DNA of 64,000 bases, from the NCBI GenBank assembly GCA_024692605.1, contig JAILMQ010000072.1:5238-69237 (forward strand), written 5' to 3'. This document shows, piece after piece, positions 36,991 to 45,047 of this stretch. This DNA is from Eubacterium sp. (GTDB lineage: Bacteria > Bacillota > Clostridia > Lachnospirales > Lachnospiraceae). The notes beneath the pieces are model-generated. The model was not told where the DNA came from. It saw only the letters and a list, made by a program, of their open reading frames with translations, and ran no database searches. The stretch's first letter is position 1. Every line of letters starts with the position of its first letter. A program made the translations under genes and the position numbers.

Positions 36991-39192
36991 TTATTTTGTG
37001 ATACAGATAATGTCGCTTACTTTTCTTTCGCTTATTTTGTTTCCGTTTGTGGTGGGGTTGTTGATTACCTCGCCGTTGAAGTACATTGTGGAAGAACCTC
37101 CTCCATCAAGGTTATATGCTGATGAAACACCAAGATCTTTCATTAATTCTGCAAGTTGATAAAGACTTAGACCTTCACTCTCATCGGTTCTACCATCGGA
37201 AACTACAAAACAATAATGTGTATCTGAATAATATCCTATTGCAGTTCTTGGGTTAGACCGCATAGATTGATCAACTTCTGTATCTTCACTGATAGCTATT
37301 TCCCCATCCTTAATAAGTCCGGGACCGAAGGAATATATCTGAACAGCACCTTTTTTCTCTAACTCCTCTGCTGTTATACCTCCCTCTTTAATTATTTCCA
37401 TCTTACCATCTGAATATACAACCAGATCCTCACAGTCATCGCCTGCGCTTTCAGAGCGATATAAATATCCGTTTCTCATTACATAACCACTATCCCTGAA
37501 ACCATAAAAGTCTCCATTAATAGCAAGTATTGCGTTAGCATCAGATGCGATTTCAGATGTCTTTGCCGTAATATTTCTTCCAAGTGTATTTTCAGCAACA
37601 GCTGATTTAAAAGCCGTAGTGTCCTTTAGCTGAACATCTGCGATATATACATATGTATTGTTGACGTACTTCTTTATGATCTTAATTGTTGCCTTATCCG
37701 AAGAGTAGGTCATGTCATCTGTAGAAGTGTTTCCGGATAAACTATTGTTCGTATTTTTCGTTGAACTTTTTGCTTGACTATCTTTCGAATTATCGGTAGT
37801 GGATTTTGTTGTATTATCGCTTTCTTCTCCCGGTTTTCCATCAGGCTTCTTCCCCGGCTTTGTCCCTTTATGCCTTCCCGGGCCACCGCCTGCTCCTCCG
37901 GAATCGCGATTTCCTGAAGGTCCTCGTCTTCCACTTCCAGATCCTTTAGTTTCGCCGGCTGTATCTGAATCCCCATCATCGTTCGCAATTTTAAATCCAC
38001 CGGTTTCGCTTGTATCCGAACTTTGCACCTCTGAAAGATTCACTGTATCATGAGGAATTACAAAAGCATCAAGTAAGGTAAATGTAGTATATCCCACTAA
38101 AAGTATAGAAAAACTCACAGCCCACATGGGTCTTTTTTTCCACTTTGACATCTTATTCACACCCTTTCCAAATATATATTTCTTCTGCACGTTGTAGCTG
38201 ATCACGAACAGCGTGCAGTCCACGATTATCTTTGCAATTACCGAATCTATCACCAGACTGAGTTTTTCAACAAGGAAAGCACTTATAAACATCTGGATAA
38301 TAAACAGAACTCCATATCCTGCAGCTTCACCATGAAGTTTGCCATCACTATTAAAGCTCCAGTATTTATTCATCATGAAGTTCACAGCTCCGGAAATAAA
38401 TCTCGAAAGAACTGTAGCCGCCAGTATCAGGGACGAATCTGCCGGACCATAAAAGTGAATCACCAGAAAAAACACCAGGATATCCACCGCCGCTCCCGTA
38501 AGAGAGGAAGCTGCATATTTAATAGGTCTGGAGTATATTCTGAGAGAATCTCTAAAGGGCCTGAAATGTGAGCAGGAGTTATTATCCTCATAGACAGTTG
38601 TGATGGGAACAAATCTGCACTTTGCCTGCTTTACTGCATCCTCCAGAAAATGCATTTCATACTCATACCTGCTTCCGTCCTCATTAATTGCAAGTTCCAG
38701 AAGTTCTGGCGGGATTCCTCTGAGACCTGTCTGGGTGTCTTCACATTTTACTCCCGTACTTATTCTGAAAAAAAGGCTTGTTATCCTGTTACCATATCTG
38801 CTTTTCCATGGCACTTCAGAACCGCTAAAATCCCTTGTTCCAAGAATCAGCTCACCCGGGTATTCACCCATAGCCTCAGATACCTTTACCACATCCTCCG
38901 GCAGATGCTGACCGTCAGCATCCACCGTAATTACTCCATTTGTATTTCCATATAGCTGGATGTGTTTTCGTACAGCTGTCTTTATTGCTTCTCCCTTTCC
39001 GAGATTCTTCGGATGGCGAAGAAGTACACATCCCTTCATCAACACCGCATCAAATACTGTTTTTGACGCATTTGAGCTTCCATCATCAACTACAAGGATA
39101 TGGTCAAAGCCTTTTTCCTTCAATTCATCTATAAGCACAAGCATTTTTGCAGAAGGCTCCAATGCCGGTATAATAATTGTCTCTTTTCTCAT
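36991..39192 (-). CDS. Fusion: GT2 polyprenyl-P glycosyltransferase, GtrA-like flippase, TM, phosphodiester glycosidase (NAGPA-like)
   Basis: VDDGS, GKGEA, DADGQH, DTQTGLR, four-TM GtrA region (NFMMNKYWSF), Gly/Ser linker, AINGDF, NPRTAIG, DGR, YNLDGGGS. Confidence 0.85.
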   Translation of the reverse strand: MRKETIIIPALEPSAKMLVLIDELKEKGFDHILVVDDGSSNASKTVFDAVLMKGCVLLRHPKNLGKGEAIKTAVRKHIQLYGNTNGVITVDADGQHLPEDVVKVSEAMGEYPGELILGTRDFSGSEVPWKSRYGNRITSLFFRISTGVKCEDTQTGLRGIPPELLELAINEDGSRYEYEMHFLEDAVKQAKCRFVPITTVYEDNNSCSHFRPFRDSLRIYSRPIKYAASSLTGAAVDILVFFLVIHFYGPADSSLILAATVLSRFISGAVNFMMNKYWSFNSDGKLHGEAAGYGVLFIIQMFISAFLVEKLSLVIDSVIAKIIVDCTLFVISYNVQKKYIFGKGVNKMSKWKKRPMWAVSFSILLVGYTTFTLLDAFVIPHDTVNLSEVQSSDTSETGGFKIANDDGDSDTAGETKGSGSGRRGPSGNRDSGGAGGGPGRHKGTKPGKKPDGKPGEESDNTTKSTTDNSKDSQAKSSTKNTNNSLSGNTSTDDMTYSSDKATIKIIKKYVNNTYVYIADVQLKDTTAFKSAVAENTLGRNITAKTSEIASDANAILAINGDFYGFRDSGYVMRNGYLYRSESAGDDCEDLVVYSDGKMEIIKEGGITAEELEKKGAVQIYSFGPGLIKDGEIAISEDTEVDQSMRSNPRTAIGYYSDTHYCFVVSDGRTDESEGLSLYQLAELMKDLGVSSAYNLDGGGSSTMYFNGEVINNPTTNGNKISERKVSDIICITK

Positions 39193-39215
39193 TTATCCAC
39201 CTCCCCGTACCAGAT

Positions 39216-39248
39216 TATATTTCTGCAAATGCTATATTTCTGCAAATG
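39216..39248. repeat. 16-bp direct repeat, period 17
   Basis: TATATTTCTGCAAATG at 39216-39231 and 39233-39248, intergenic. Confidence 0.85.
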
Positions 39249-40628
39249 TTACATATCCGTTCCTTCTGAATTCTCCATCTGCGGATTCATATTACCGGGT
39301 CCCATTCTGTCTCCCGATCTGCCGCCGGGTCTCATACCGCCACCCATTCCGGGATCTGCATTTTCACCGCCCATTCCGGGGCCCATGCCTCCGTCAAAAT
39401 CCTGAACAGTTATGGTATTGGTCTCGTTTCCATTCTCAATTATGGTTCCACCGTTATATTCTGCATTACCGTCACAATCGAAGGTTGACTGTCCCGATAT
39501 ATCCAGTGTTCCGCCATTCATATATATGTCGCCGTTGGAATCAACTCCGTCAGTGTCTCCTGCACCCATAACTATAGTTACATTACCACCGTTCATTTCA
39601 TAGGTCGGAGTATAGCTGTCTGACTTCGCTGCCGCATTTATTCCATCATCTGATGCCTGTATATTTATATTTCCATCGTTAACCTTTATATAGGTTCCCT
39701 CGATACATTCGCCACCTGTCAGGTCAAGGTCTCCGCCATCTATCTGAACCATTGTAGTTCCATGAATAGCATCATCATTTGCTTTTATGGTAATGCTTCC
39801 GCCGCCTATGTAGATTGAACCGATAGTATTATCATCACTATCCTCTGCGTGAAGACCATCGTTGCAGCTTGTGATATTGATCGTTCCATCAGCAATATTT
39901 ATGGCATCATGAGCCTCCAGAGCGTCACCGGTACACTCAATATTCATTGTTCCTCCGGTAACTTTTATTTCGTCCTTACATGCAACTGCATTGTCAGTGG
40001 AAGTAATATTCAAAGTTCCCTGACCATTTATCACAAGGTCGTCCTTTGAAAAAATAACTGCGTCCGGATTGGTATCTCCGTCAGCTGTAAAACTTCCGGT
40101 TACACTGAGGCTGCTTTCTGCCTCCGAGGTAGTAACAAAAACCTTGTCTGCGCTTTTTACATATATACAAGGCATGGTTTCATTCGTAATCTCTGCCCCA
40201 TCTAAAACCAGCTGAACCTTATCCTCATCACCGGCCTCCACATAGATAGTTACGTCTGATGCCGACCCGGAGATTATATATGTTCCTTCTCCGGTGATGT
40301 TTATATCCTGCCCGTCACTAAGCGTGAATTTTTCAGCATCTGATGTGTCCGGAGACTGATTCATATCCCTGTCAGTAAACATCTCATTACTACTGTCTGT
40401 ACTGCCTGCATCACTACTGCTATTACTATCTGTACTTTCGTTACTGCCATCAGTATTATTCTCACTTCCTGTATCAGCCGTACCACTTTCCTCTGTATTC
40501 ACTATCGATACAGTTTCGGAGATTGCTCCCTTAGATGAAGTATCACTGTTTCCGCATGCACTCATCACCGTTGCCATCATCGCAGCTGCCATTGCTATAT
40601 ACATTCTTTTTCTTATATTCTTTCTCAT
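39249..40628 (-). CDS. Lipoprotein with Cthe_2159-like (DUF4353) beta-helix carbohydrate-binding domain
   Basis: Lipobox MSAC, Ser/Asp linker, repeated GG.I.I...DDG(I/L)(H/N)A, GDTDGVDSNG, Gly/Met/Pro tail. Start set at ATG 40628 after AGGAGG. Confidence 0.85.
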   Translation of the reverse strand: MRKNIRKRMYIAMAAAMMATVMSACGNSDTSSKGAISETVSIVNTEESGTADTGSENNTDGSNESTDSNSSSDAGSTDSSNEMFTDRDMNQSPDTSDAEKFTLSDGQDINITGEGTYIISGSASDVTIYVEAGDEDKVQLVLDGAEITNETMPCIYVKSADKVFVTTSEAESSLSVTGSFTADGDTNPDAVIFSKDDLVINGQGTLNITSTDNAVACKDEIKVTGGTMNIECTGDALEAHDAINIADGTINITSCNDGLHAEDSDDNTIGSIYIGGGSITIKANDDAIHGTTMVQIDGGDLDLTGGECIEGTYIKVNDGNINIQASDDGINAAAKSDSYTPTYEMNGGNVTIVMGAGDTDGVDSNGDIYMNGGTLDISGQSTFDCDGNAEYNGGTIIENGNETNTITVQDFDGGMGPGMGGENADPGMGGGMRPGGRSGDRMGPGNMNPQMENSEGTDM

Positions 40629-40688
40629 AATACTTTCCTCCTTTTTCGAATTTGCTTCAGTTATTCCCTGCCATATCTTTAGCAAAGC

Positions 40689-41369
40689 TTATAAGCTGTC
40701 CATACTGTCCAGCTGCCGGCTGAGACTGACATCCAGATTTCCGTTTCGTGTTCTTATTTCATCCAGGAGAGCTTTTGTGGAAATTCCTGTTTTTAGAACA
40801 ACACTGAGTGTGATCTTATACAGGCTTCCCATATTGCTTGTTTTGACTTCTTCATAGGTGTAGTCAGATAAGTATTTATCAAATATATCTTCAAATTTTC
40901 CTTCGTAATCTATATTCTCCGGAACCATTATTTTCAGCATCCTGTGCCTTTCATCTACATTTCCAAACTTTGCTATGTTCAGTATGAGATTTAATATGGA
41001 CAGGAGGATTGTGAACAGGATTGCAACTCCGATGTAGCCCATTCCCGTTGCAAGTCCCACAGCCATAGCAAGGAAGATACTTGTGATTTCCTGCCCCTTC
41101 CCGGGAGTGGATCTGAATCTTACCAGACTGAAGGCACCGGCCACTGCAACTCCCGCACCGATGTTTCCGTTTACGAGAATTATTACCAGCTCCACTATTG
41201 CAGGAAGCAGTACCAGCGTTATCAAAAAGCTTCTGGAACACCTGTTCTTTATCATGTATGAAGCTGCTATTATTAAGCCGCACACCAGTGCAGTTACTGT
41301 TGCCACCGCAAACTGAGTTCCCGTAAATGTACCATTTGTTATAATTGATTCGAATATATTATTAAGCAT
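40689..41369 (-). CDS. DUF4956 membrane protein
   Basis: GNIGAGVAVAGAFSLVRFRS, GLATGMG, soluble C-terminal domain ending IRTRNGNL. Confidence 0.9.
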   Translation of the reverse strand: MLNNIFESIITNGTFTGTQFAVATVTALVCGLIIAASYMIKNRCSRSFLITLVLLPAIVELVIILVNGNIGAGVAVAGAFSLVRFRSTPGKGQEITSIFLAMAVGLATGMGYIGVAILFTILLSILNLILNIAKFGNVDERHRMLKIMVPENIDYEGKFEDIFDKYLSDYTYEEVKTSNMGSLYKITLSVVLKTGISTKALLDEIRTRNGNLDVSLSRQLDSMDSL

Positions 41370-42126
41370 AAATCACCACTCCTTTCTCCGGCATTTCCTC
41401 TGAACGCGGCTTGGTTAAAACCAGCCGCTTTTCTCTGCTGAGCATTTCTGCATATCCCTTTCCATATTTTGAAAATGATGTAGGGTAGATCTCCAGCTCG
41501 CTTAATTTTCTTGCCAGCTCCAAGGGCATCGCATTCAGCACTTTGATTTCCATCATTCGCTGTCCCTCCTCCAGAATCCGGTTTCCTGTCTGTATTTTCC
41601 TAAGGTCCAGGGACTTTGTATCCCATCTGATATTTCTGTCAAATGTAATCCTCTGCTCAGGATTTTGCCTGCCAACCATTGCAATTCTGTCGTAACATAT
41701 TGTCATGGCCGGTATTAAATCTCCGTATATATTTCTCAGCCCTTCTATCTCTTTAGATATTTGAGAATCATCCATAGGCTTTCCACCCTTTACAAGATAT
41801 TCATAAGCTTTGCCGTAACTGCCGGACACACGCCGTTTATAAACGATCCCATCATATTTTTTCTTAATCTCTATAAAGGAATTCGTTGTATCATCTGTTT
41901 TTCCATAAGTTCTGAGTCTCAGTTTTTCCTTATATAACGGTTTCTCCAAAGATGTTCTAATCATTCTGTAATTCGAGGTATCGAAATATATATTGTTGAT
42001 CTGCGTTTCACCGTATTCATCAATTTTGAAACTCTTCTCAAGAAAAGGAAGAAGCTTTCTGTACTGCTCATCAGACAGCAGATATTTAATCTCCGTTCTC
42101 TTAAAAACATTTAAATATTCACTCAT
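41362..42126 (-). CDS. VTC / polyphosphate-polymerase (CYTH-like) domain protein
   Basis: FKRTEIKY (ExExK-like), IYFDT, KEKLRLRTYG, FIEIKKK...VYKRR, YDR, RITFD, MEIK, FSKY. Confidence 0.9.
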   Translation of the reverse strand: MSEYLNVFKRTEIKYLLSDEQYRKLLPFLEKSFKIDEYGETQINNIYFDTSNYRMIRTSLEKPLYKEKLRLRTYGKTDDTTNSFIEIKKKYDGIVYKRRVSGSYGKAYEYLVKGGKPMDDSQISKEIEGLRNIYGDLIPAMTICYDRIAMVGRQNPEQRITFDRNIRWDTKSLDLRKIQTGNRILEEGQRMMEIKVLNAMPLELARKLSELEIYPTSFSKYGKGYAEMLSREKRLVLTKPRSEEMPEKGVVIYA

Positions 42127-42157
42127 AATTCCTTCCTCCTTTCTTTGCTTTGACTAC

Positions 42158-42190
42158 ACTTTAAAATCCAAACCTTAAACGAATGTTAAA
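42158..42190 (-). promoter_or_regulatory. OmpR-family (CiaR-type) direct-repeat box and -10 element of the VTC operon
   Basis: Minus strand: TTTAAC-N5-TTTAAG-N10-TAAAGT. Confidence 0.7.
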
Positions 42191-42225
42191 AAATAAAAAA
42201 ATTTTTAAACTTCATCCAAGTCACT

Positions 42226-42258
42226 AAAAAAAGTCCCACCCCATTGGGACAGGACTTT
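42226..42258 (-). terminator. Intrinsic terminator after the sensor kinase
   Basis: Minus strand: AAAGTCCTGTCCCA-AT-GGGGTGGGAC followed by T7. Confidence 0.8.
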
Positions 42259-42277
42259 GATAGATTCAATATTATTT

Positions 42278-43516
42278 TTACAACTCAACGGTGAAGATAG
42301 TTTTTCCGTCTTCCGATCTTGCCTTTATAGTACCATTATGATTCTGGACTATACTTTTAGCTATGGCAAGTCCAAGGCCATACCGGTTTTCACTTCTGCT
42401 TCGTGACTTATCCGAGCGGTAAAATCGTTCAAAGATTTTTTCCTCTTCCCCTTCTTTAATAGGATCTCCGGTATTAACAACCTTAAGCACTGTTTTACTT
42501 TTCACCCGCTTCAGACTCACCTGAATGGATGTATCCTTATAGCTATGCTTTATGGCATTGTCTATAAGTGTTGATACCAGCTTTTCCATTTCCTCCTTGC
42601 TGCATTTCTTAGTAAGTCCTTCCTGGATATCCGTTTCGATCATCACACCGTTTTCATATGCCATTCCTTCAAAAACAAGTGCAGCTTTCTCTACAATTTT
42701 GGACAGATTTTCTTCCTTTTGCTCTGCCCGCGTAACTCCGTCTTCCATTTTCGAAAGATCCAGCATTCCGGATATAAGCTTGCTCATTCTGTCGGATTCG
42801 AACTTAATATTTTCGATATATTTGCTGTTTTCTTCATCAGTCTTTATCTCATCCGATGATGCCATTATCACCGCAAGGGGCGTTTTTAATTCGTGAGAGG
42901 CATCCGCAATAAACTCTCTTTGTTTGTCAAATGCGTCTCTTGCTGGTTTTGTAATCCAGCCGGTAATAACCTTCGAAAGAAAATATATAACTCCAACCAT
43001 AACAAGAAATACACCGGAGGTTATGAGCAGAAGTTTCATAAGCTTATCACTTGTATCCCCGGTATTAACTATCACGATACGGTTGGCACTGTAATTAAAG
43101 GCATAGTCGGAACTATAAAGATTATCTACTCTTAGTGTATCCTGACTATAAGACTCCATTATTTCCTCAGCCGCCTGAGTTGCGTCAAAATCCTGAGTCT
43201 CATTTCCATGCTTCAGAACTCTGACTACATTTCCATCACTTAACTCTACTGTGTAGACATCCTGATCCATGATCATCATGTTTTCAAATGACTTCTGATC
43301 AGGCTCAGTCTCTTCAGGTTTATCTCCCGGCTCAGCATCCGGCTTTCTGTCCGGAATAAATCTGTTACCACGGTCATCCATTATATTCAGACTTCTTCTG
43401 ATGCCTTCATACTCTCTGTTGTAGCTCTGAACGTTCAGGAATATCACAGTGGCCAGAAGTACCAGAAGCATTATTCCAAAAATTAAAAGAAAAACTTTTC
43501 TACTTAGTTCCTTCAT
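42278..43516 (-). CDS. Sensor histidine kinase (CiaH-like architecture)
   Basis: Two TMs, FIADASHELKTPL, LIDNAIKH, FERFYR, GLGLAI. Confidence 0.95.
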   Translation of the reverse strand: MKELSRKVFLLIFGIMLLVLLATVIFLNVQSYNREYEGIRRSLNIMDDRGNRFIPDRKPDAEPGDKPEETEPDQKSFENMMIMDQDVYTVELSDGNVVRVLKHGNETQDFDATQAAEEIMESYSQDTLRVDNLYSSDYAFNYSANRIVIVNTGDTSDKLMKLLLITSGVFLVMVGVIYFLSKVITGWITKPARDAFDKQREFIADASHELKTPLAVIMASSDEIKTDEENSKYIENIKFESDRMSKLISGMLDLSKMEDGVTRAEQKEENLSKIVEKAALVFEGMAYENGVMIETDIQEGLTKKCSKEEMEKLVSTLIDNAIKHSYKDTSIQVSLKRVKSKTVLKVVNTGDPIKEGEEEKIFERFYRSDKSRSRSENRYGLGLAIAKSIVQNHNGTIKARSEDGKTIFTVEL

Positions 43517-44189
43517 CCATGTACTCCATCTTGTATCCCATATTTCTGATAGTATTTATAGCCACCTTTGAATCCAGCATCTTCAGTTTTCTTCTTACAA
43601 AGGATATATAAGCCTCCACATTGTTAGACATAAGATCATTTTCCATTCCCCATATCCTGTCAAAAATCGTCTCCTTCGAAAGCACCTGGTCGTGACTTAT
43701 CATAAAAAACTCCAACAGCTGAAATTCCTTATTATTTATCTTAATACTTTCATCCGTATTTTTATTAATGACTGCAGGTATACTGTAGTCAAGAATAATA
43801 TCGCCGTATTCCCTTGTATTGCTGACTGCCTTTTCAATTCTAAGCTGTGCATTTACCCTTGCCACAACCTCATCTATATGAAATGGTTTCGGCACATAAT
43901 CATTTGCCCCCTCAGCAAAACCTTTAAGCTTATCCTCCAGCTGATCCTTTGCTGTCAGCATGATAACCTTGGACTGAATATTATTTTCCTTAATCTCCCG
44001 GAGGATTTCCATACCATCCTTTCCCGGAAGCATAATATCAAGAAGAATCAGATCGTAGATACCTGAAAGAGCATTAAAAAGTCCGTCCTCTCCATCATTG
44101 GATACATCCACGATATAACGTTCCTTTCTGAGTCGCTCTGCCACCAGATCCGCCAGAGATATCTCATCCTCAACTATTAAAATCCTCAT
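43500..44189 (-). CDS. OmpR-family response regulator
   Basis: ILIVEDE, LLDIMLP, MLTA, DYVPKPF, winged-helix region IRNMGY. Confidence 0.95.
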   Translation of the reverse strand: MRILIVEDEISLADLVAERLRKERYIVDVSNDGEDGLFNALSGIYDLILLDIMLPGKDGMEILREIKENNIQSKVIMLTAKDQLEDKLKGFAEGANDYVPKPFHIDEVVARVNAQLRIEKAVSNTREYGDIILDYSIPAVINKNTDESIKINNKEFQLLEFFMISHDQVLSKETIFDRIWGMENDLMSNNVEAYISFVRRKLKMLDSKVAINTIRNMGYKMEYMDEGTK

Positions 44190-44191
44190 AC

Positions 44192-44866
44192 CTAATCATC
44201 CTCGCCAAGTTTTGATTTTATAATGTAGTCTGCAGCTTCAATCAGGTCATCTGCCACATATTCTATATGCTCCTCCAGTTCTTTTTCCGGTGGAGTGATA
44301 TCCGGAATCATCACCACCCTGCAGCCTGCATTGGCAGCAGACATTATTCCGTTTGGTGAATCCTCTACGGCAAATGTAATCTTTGGATCTACATCTAAGC
44401 GATCACATACATAAAGATATACATCCGGTTCCGGCTTTCCATTCTCAACATTCTCCGTACTGATTATATATTCAAAAAAATGACTCAGCCCTAAACCTTC
44501 AAGAAAAGCCTCCGATCTGTCAGCCACAGTTCCGGTAGCCACTGCAAGAGAAAATCCTGCTTCCTTTAATTTCTTTAAAGCTTCCATAACCCCCGGCTTA
44601 AGAGGAATCCCATTCTTCTCAAGAAAAGGATCCATCAGTTCAAATCTATGCTTTCTTATCTTAACATAGGAGTCCTCATCCCCGGTTTTCTCCCACATTA
44701 GCTTCTTAGCCCGCTTCTTTCCAAGACTTCTGAACTCCAGCATATCCTCCGCCGTAAGCATATCATATCCCAGCTCATGAGCCGAGATCAGCCAGTACTC
44801 CTGATAAATCCTCTCAGTATCAAGAAGCGTACCATCCATATCAAAAACAACAACGTCCTTCGACAT
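44192..44866 (-). CDS. HAD-family phosphatase (beta-PGM-like)
   Basis: FDMDGTLLDTE, VATG, GKPEPDVY, EDSPNG. Confidence 0.92.
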   Translation of the reverse strand: MSKDVVVFDMDGTLLDTERIYQEYWLISAHELGYDMLTAEDMLEFRSLGKKRAKKLMWEKTGDEDSYVKIRKHRFELMDPFLEKNGIPLKPGVMEALKKLKEAGFSLAVATGTVADRSEAFLEGLGLSHFFEYIISTENVENGKPEPDVYLYVCDRLDVDPKITFAVEDSPNGIMSAANAGCRVVMIPDITPPEKELEEHIEYVADDLIEAADYIIKSKLGEDD

Positions 44867-44944
44867 AACATTTCCTCATTTCAATTAATCTTCCTTATAA
44901 AAATACACCATTCTCATCAAAAAGTACAATTACAAAACAACATT

Positions 44945-44963
44945 TTCACATCAAATATGTGAA
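44945..44963. promoter_or_regulatory. Inverted repeat, possible operator in the divergent promoter region
   Basis: TTCACAT-N5-ATGTGAA, with a TATAAT at 44983-44988. Confidence 0.35.
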
Positions 44964-45047
44964 CTATATTTCTTTTTTTATTTATAATATGATGATATAC
45001 TAGTAAATTGGGTAACAATTATAAATATATATTTTCAGGAGATTACC

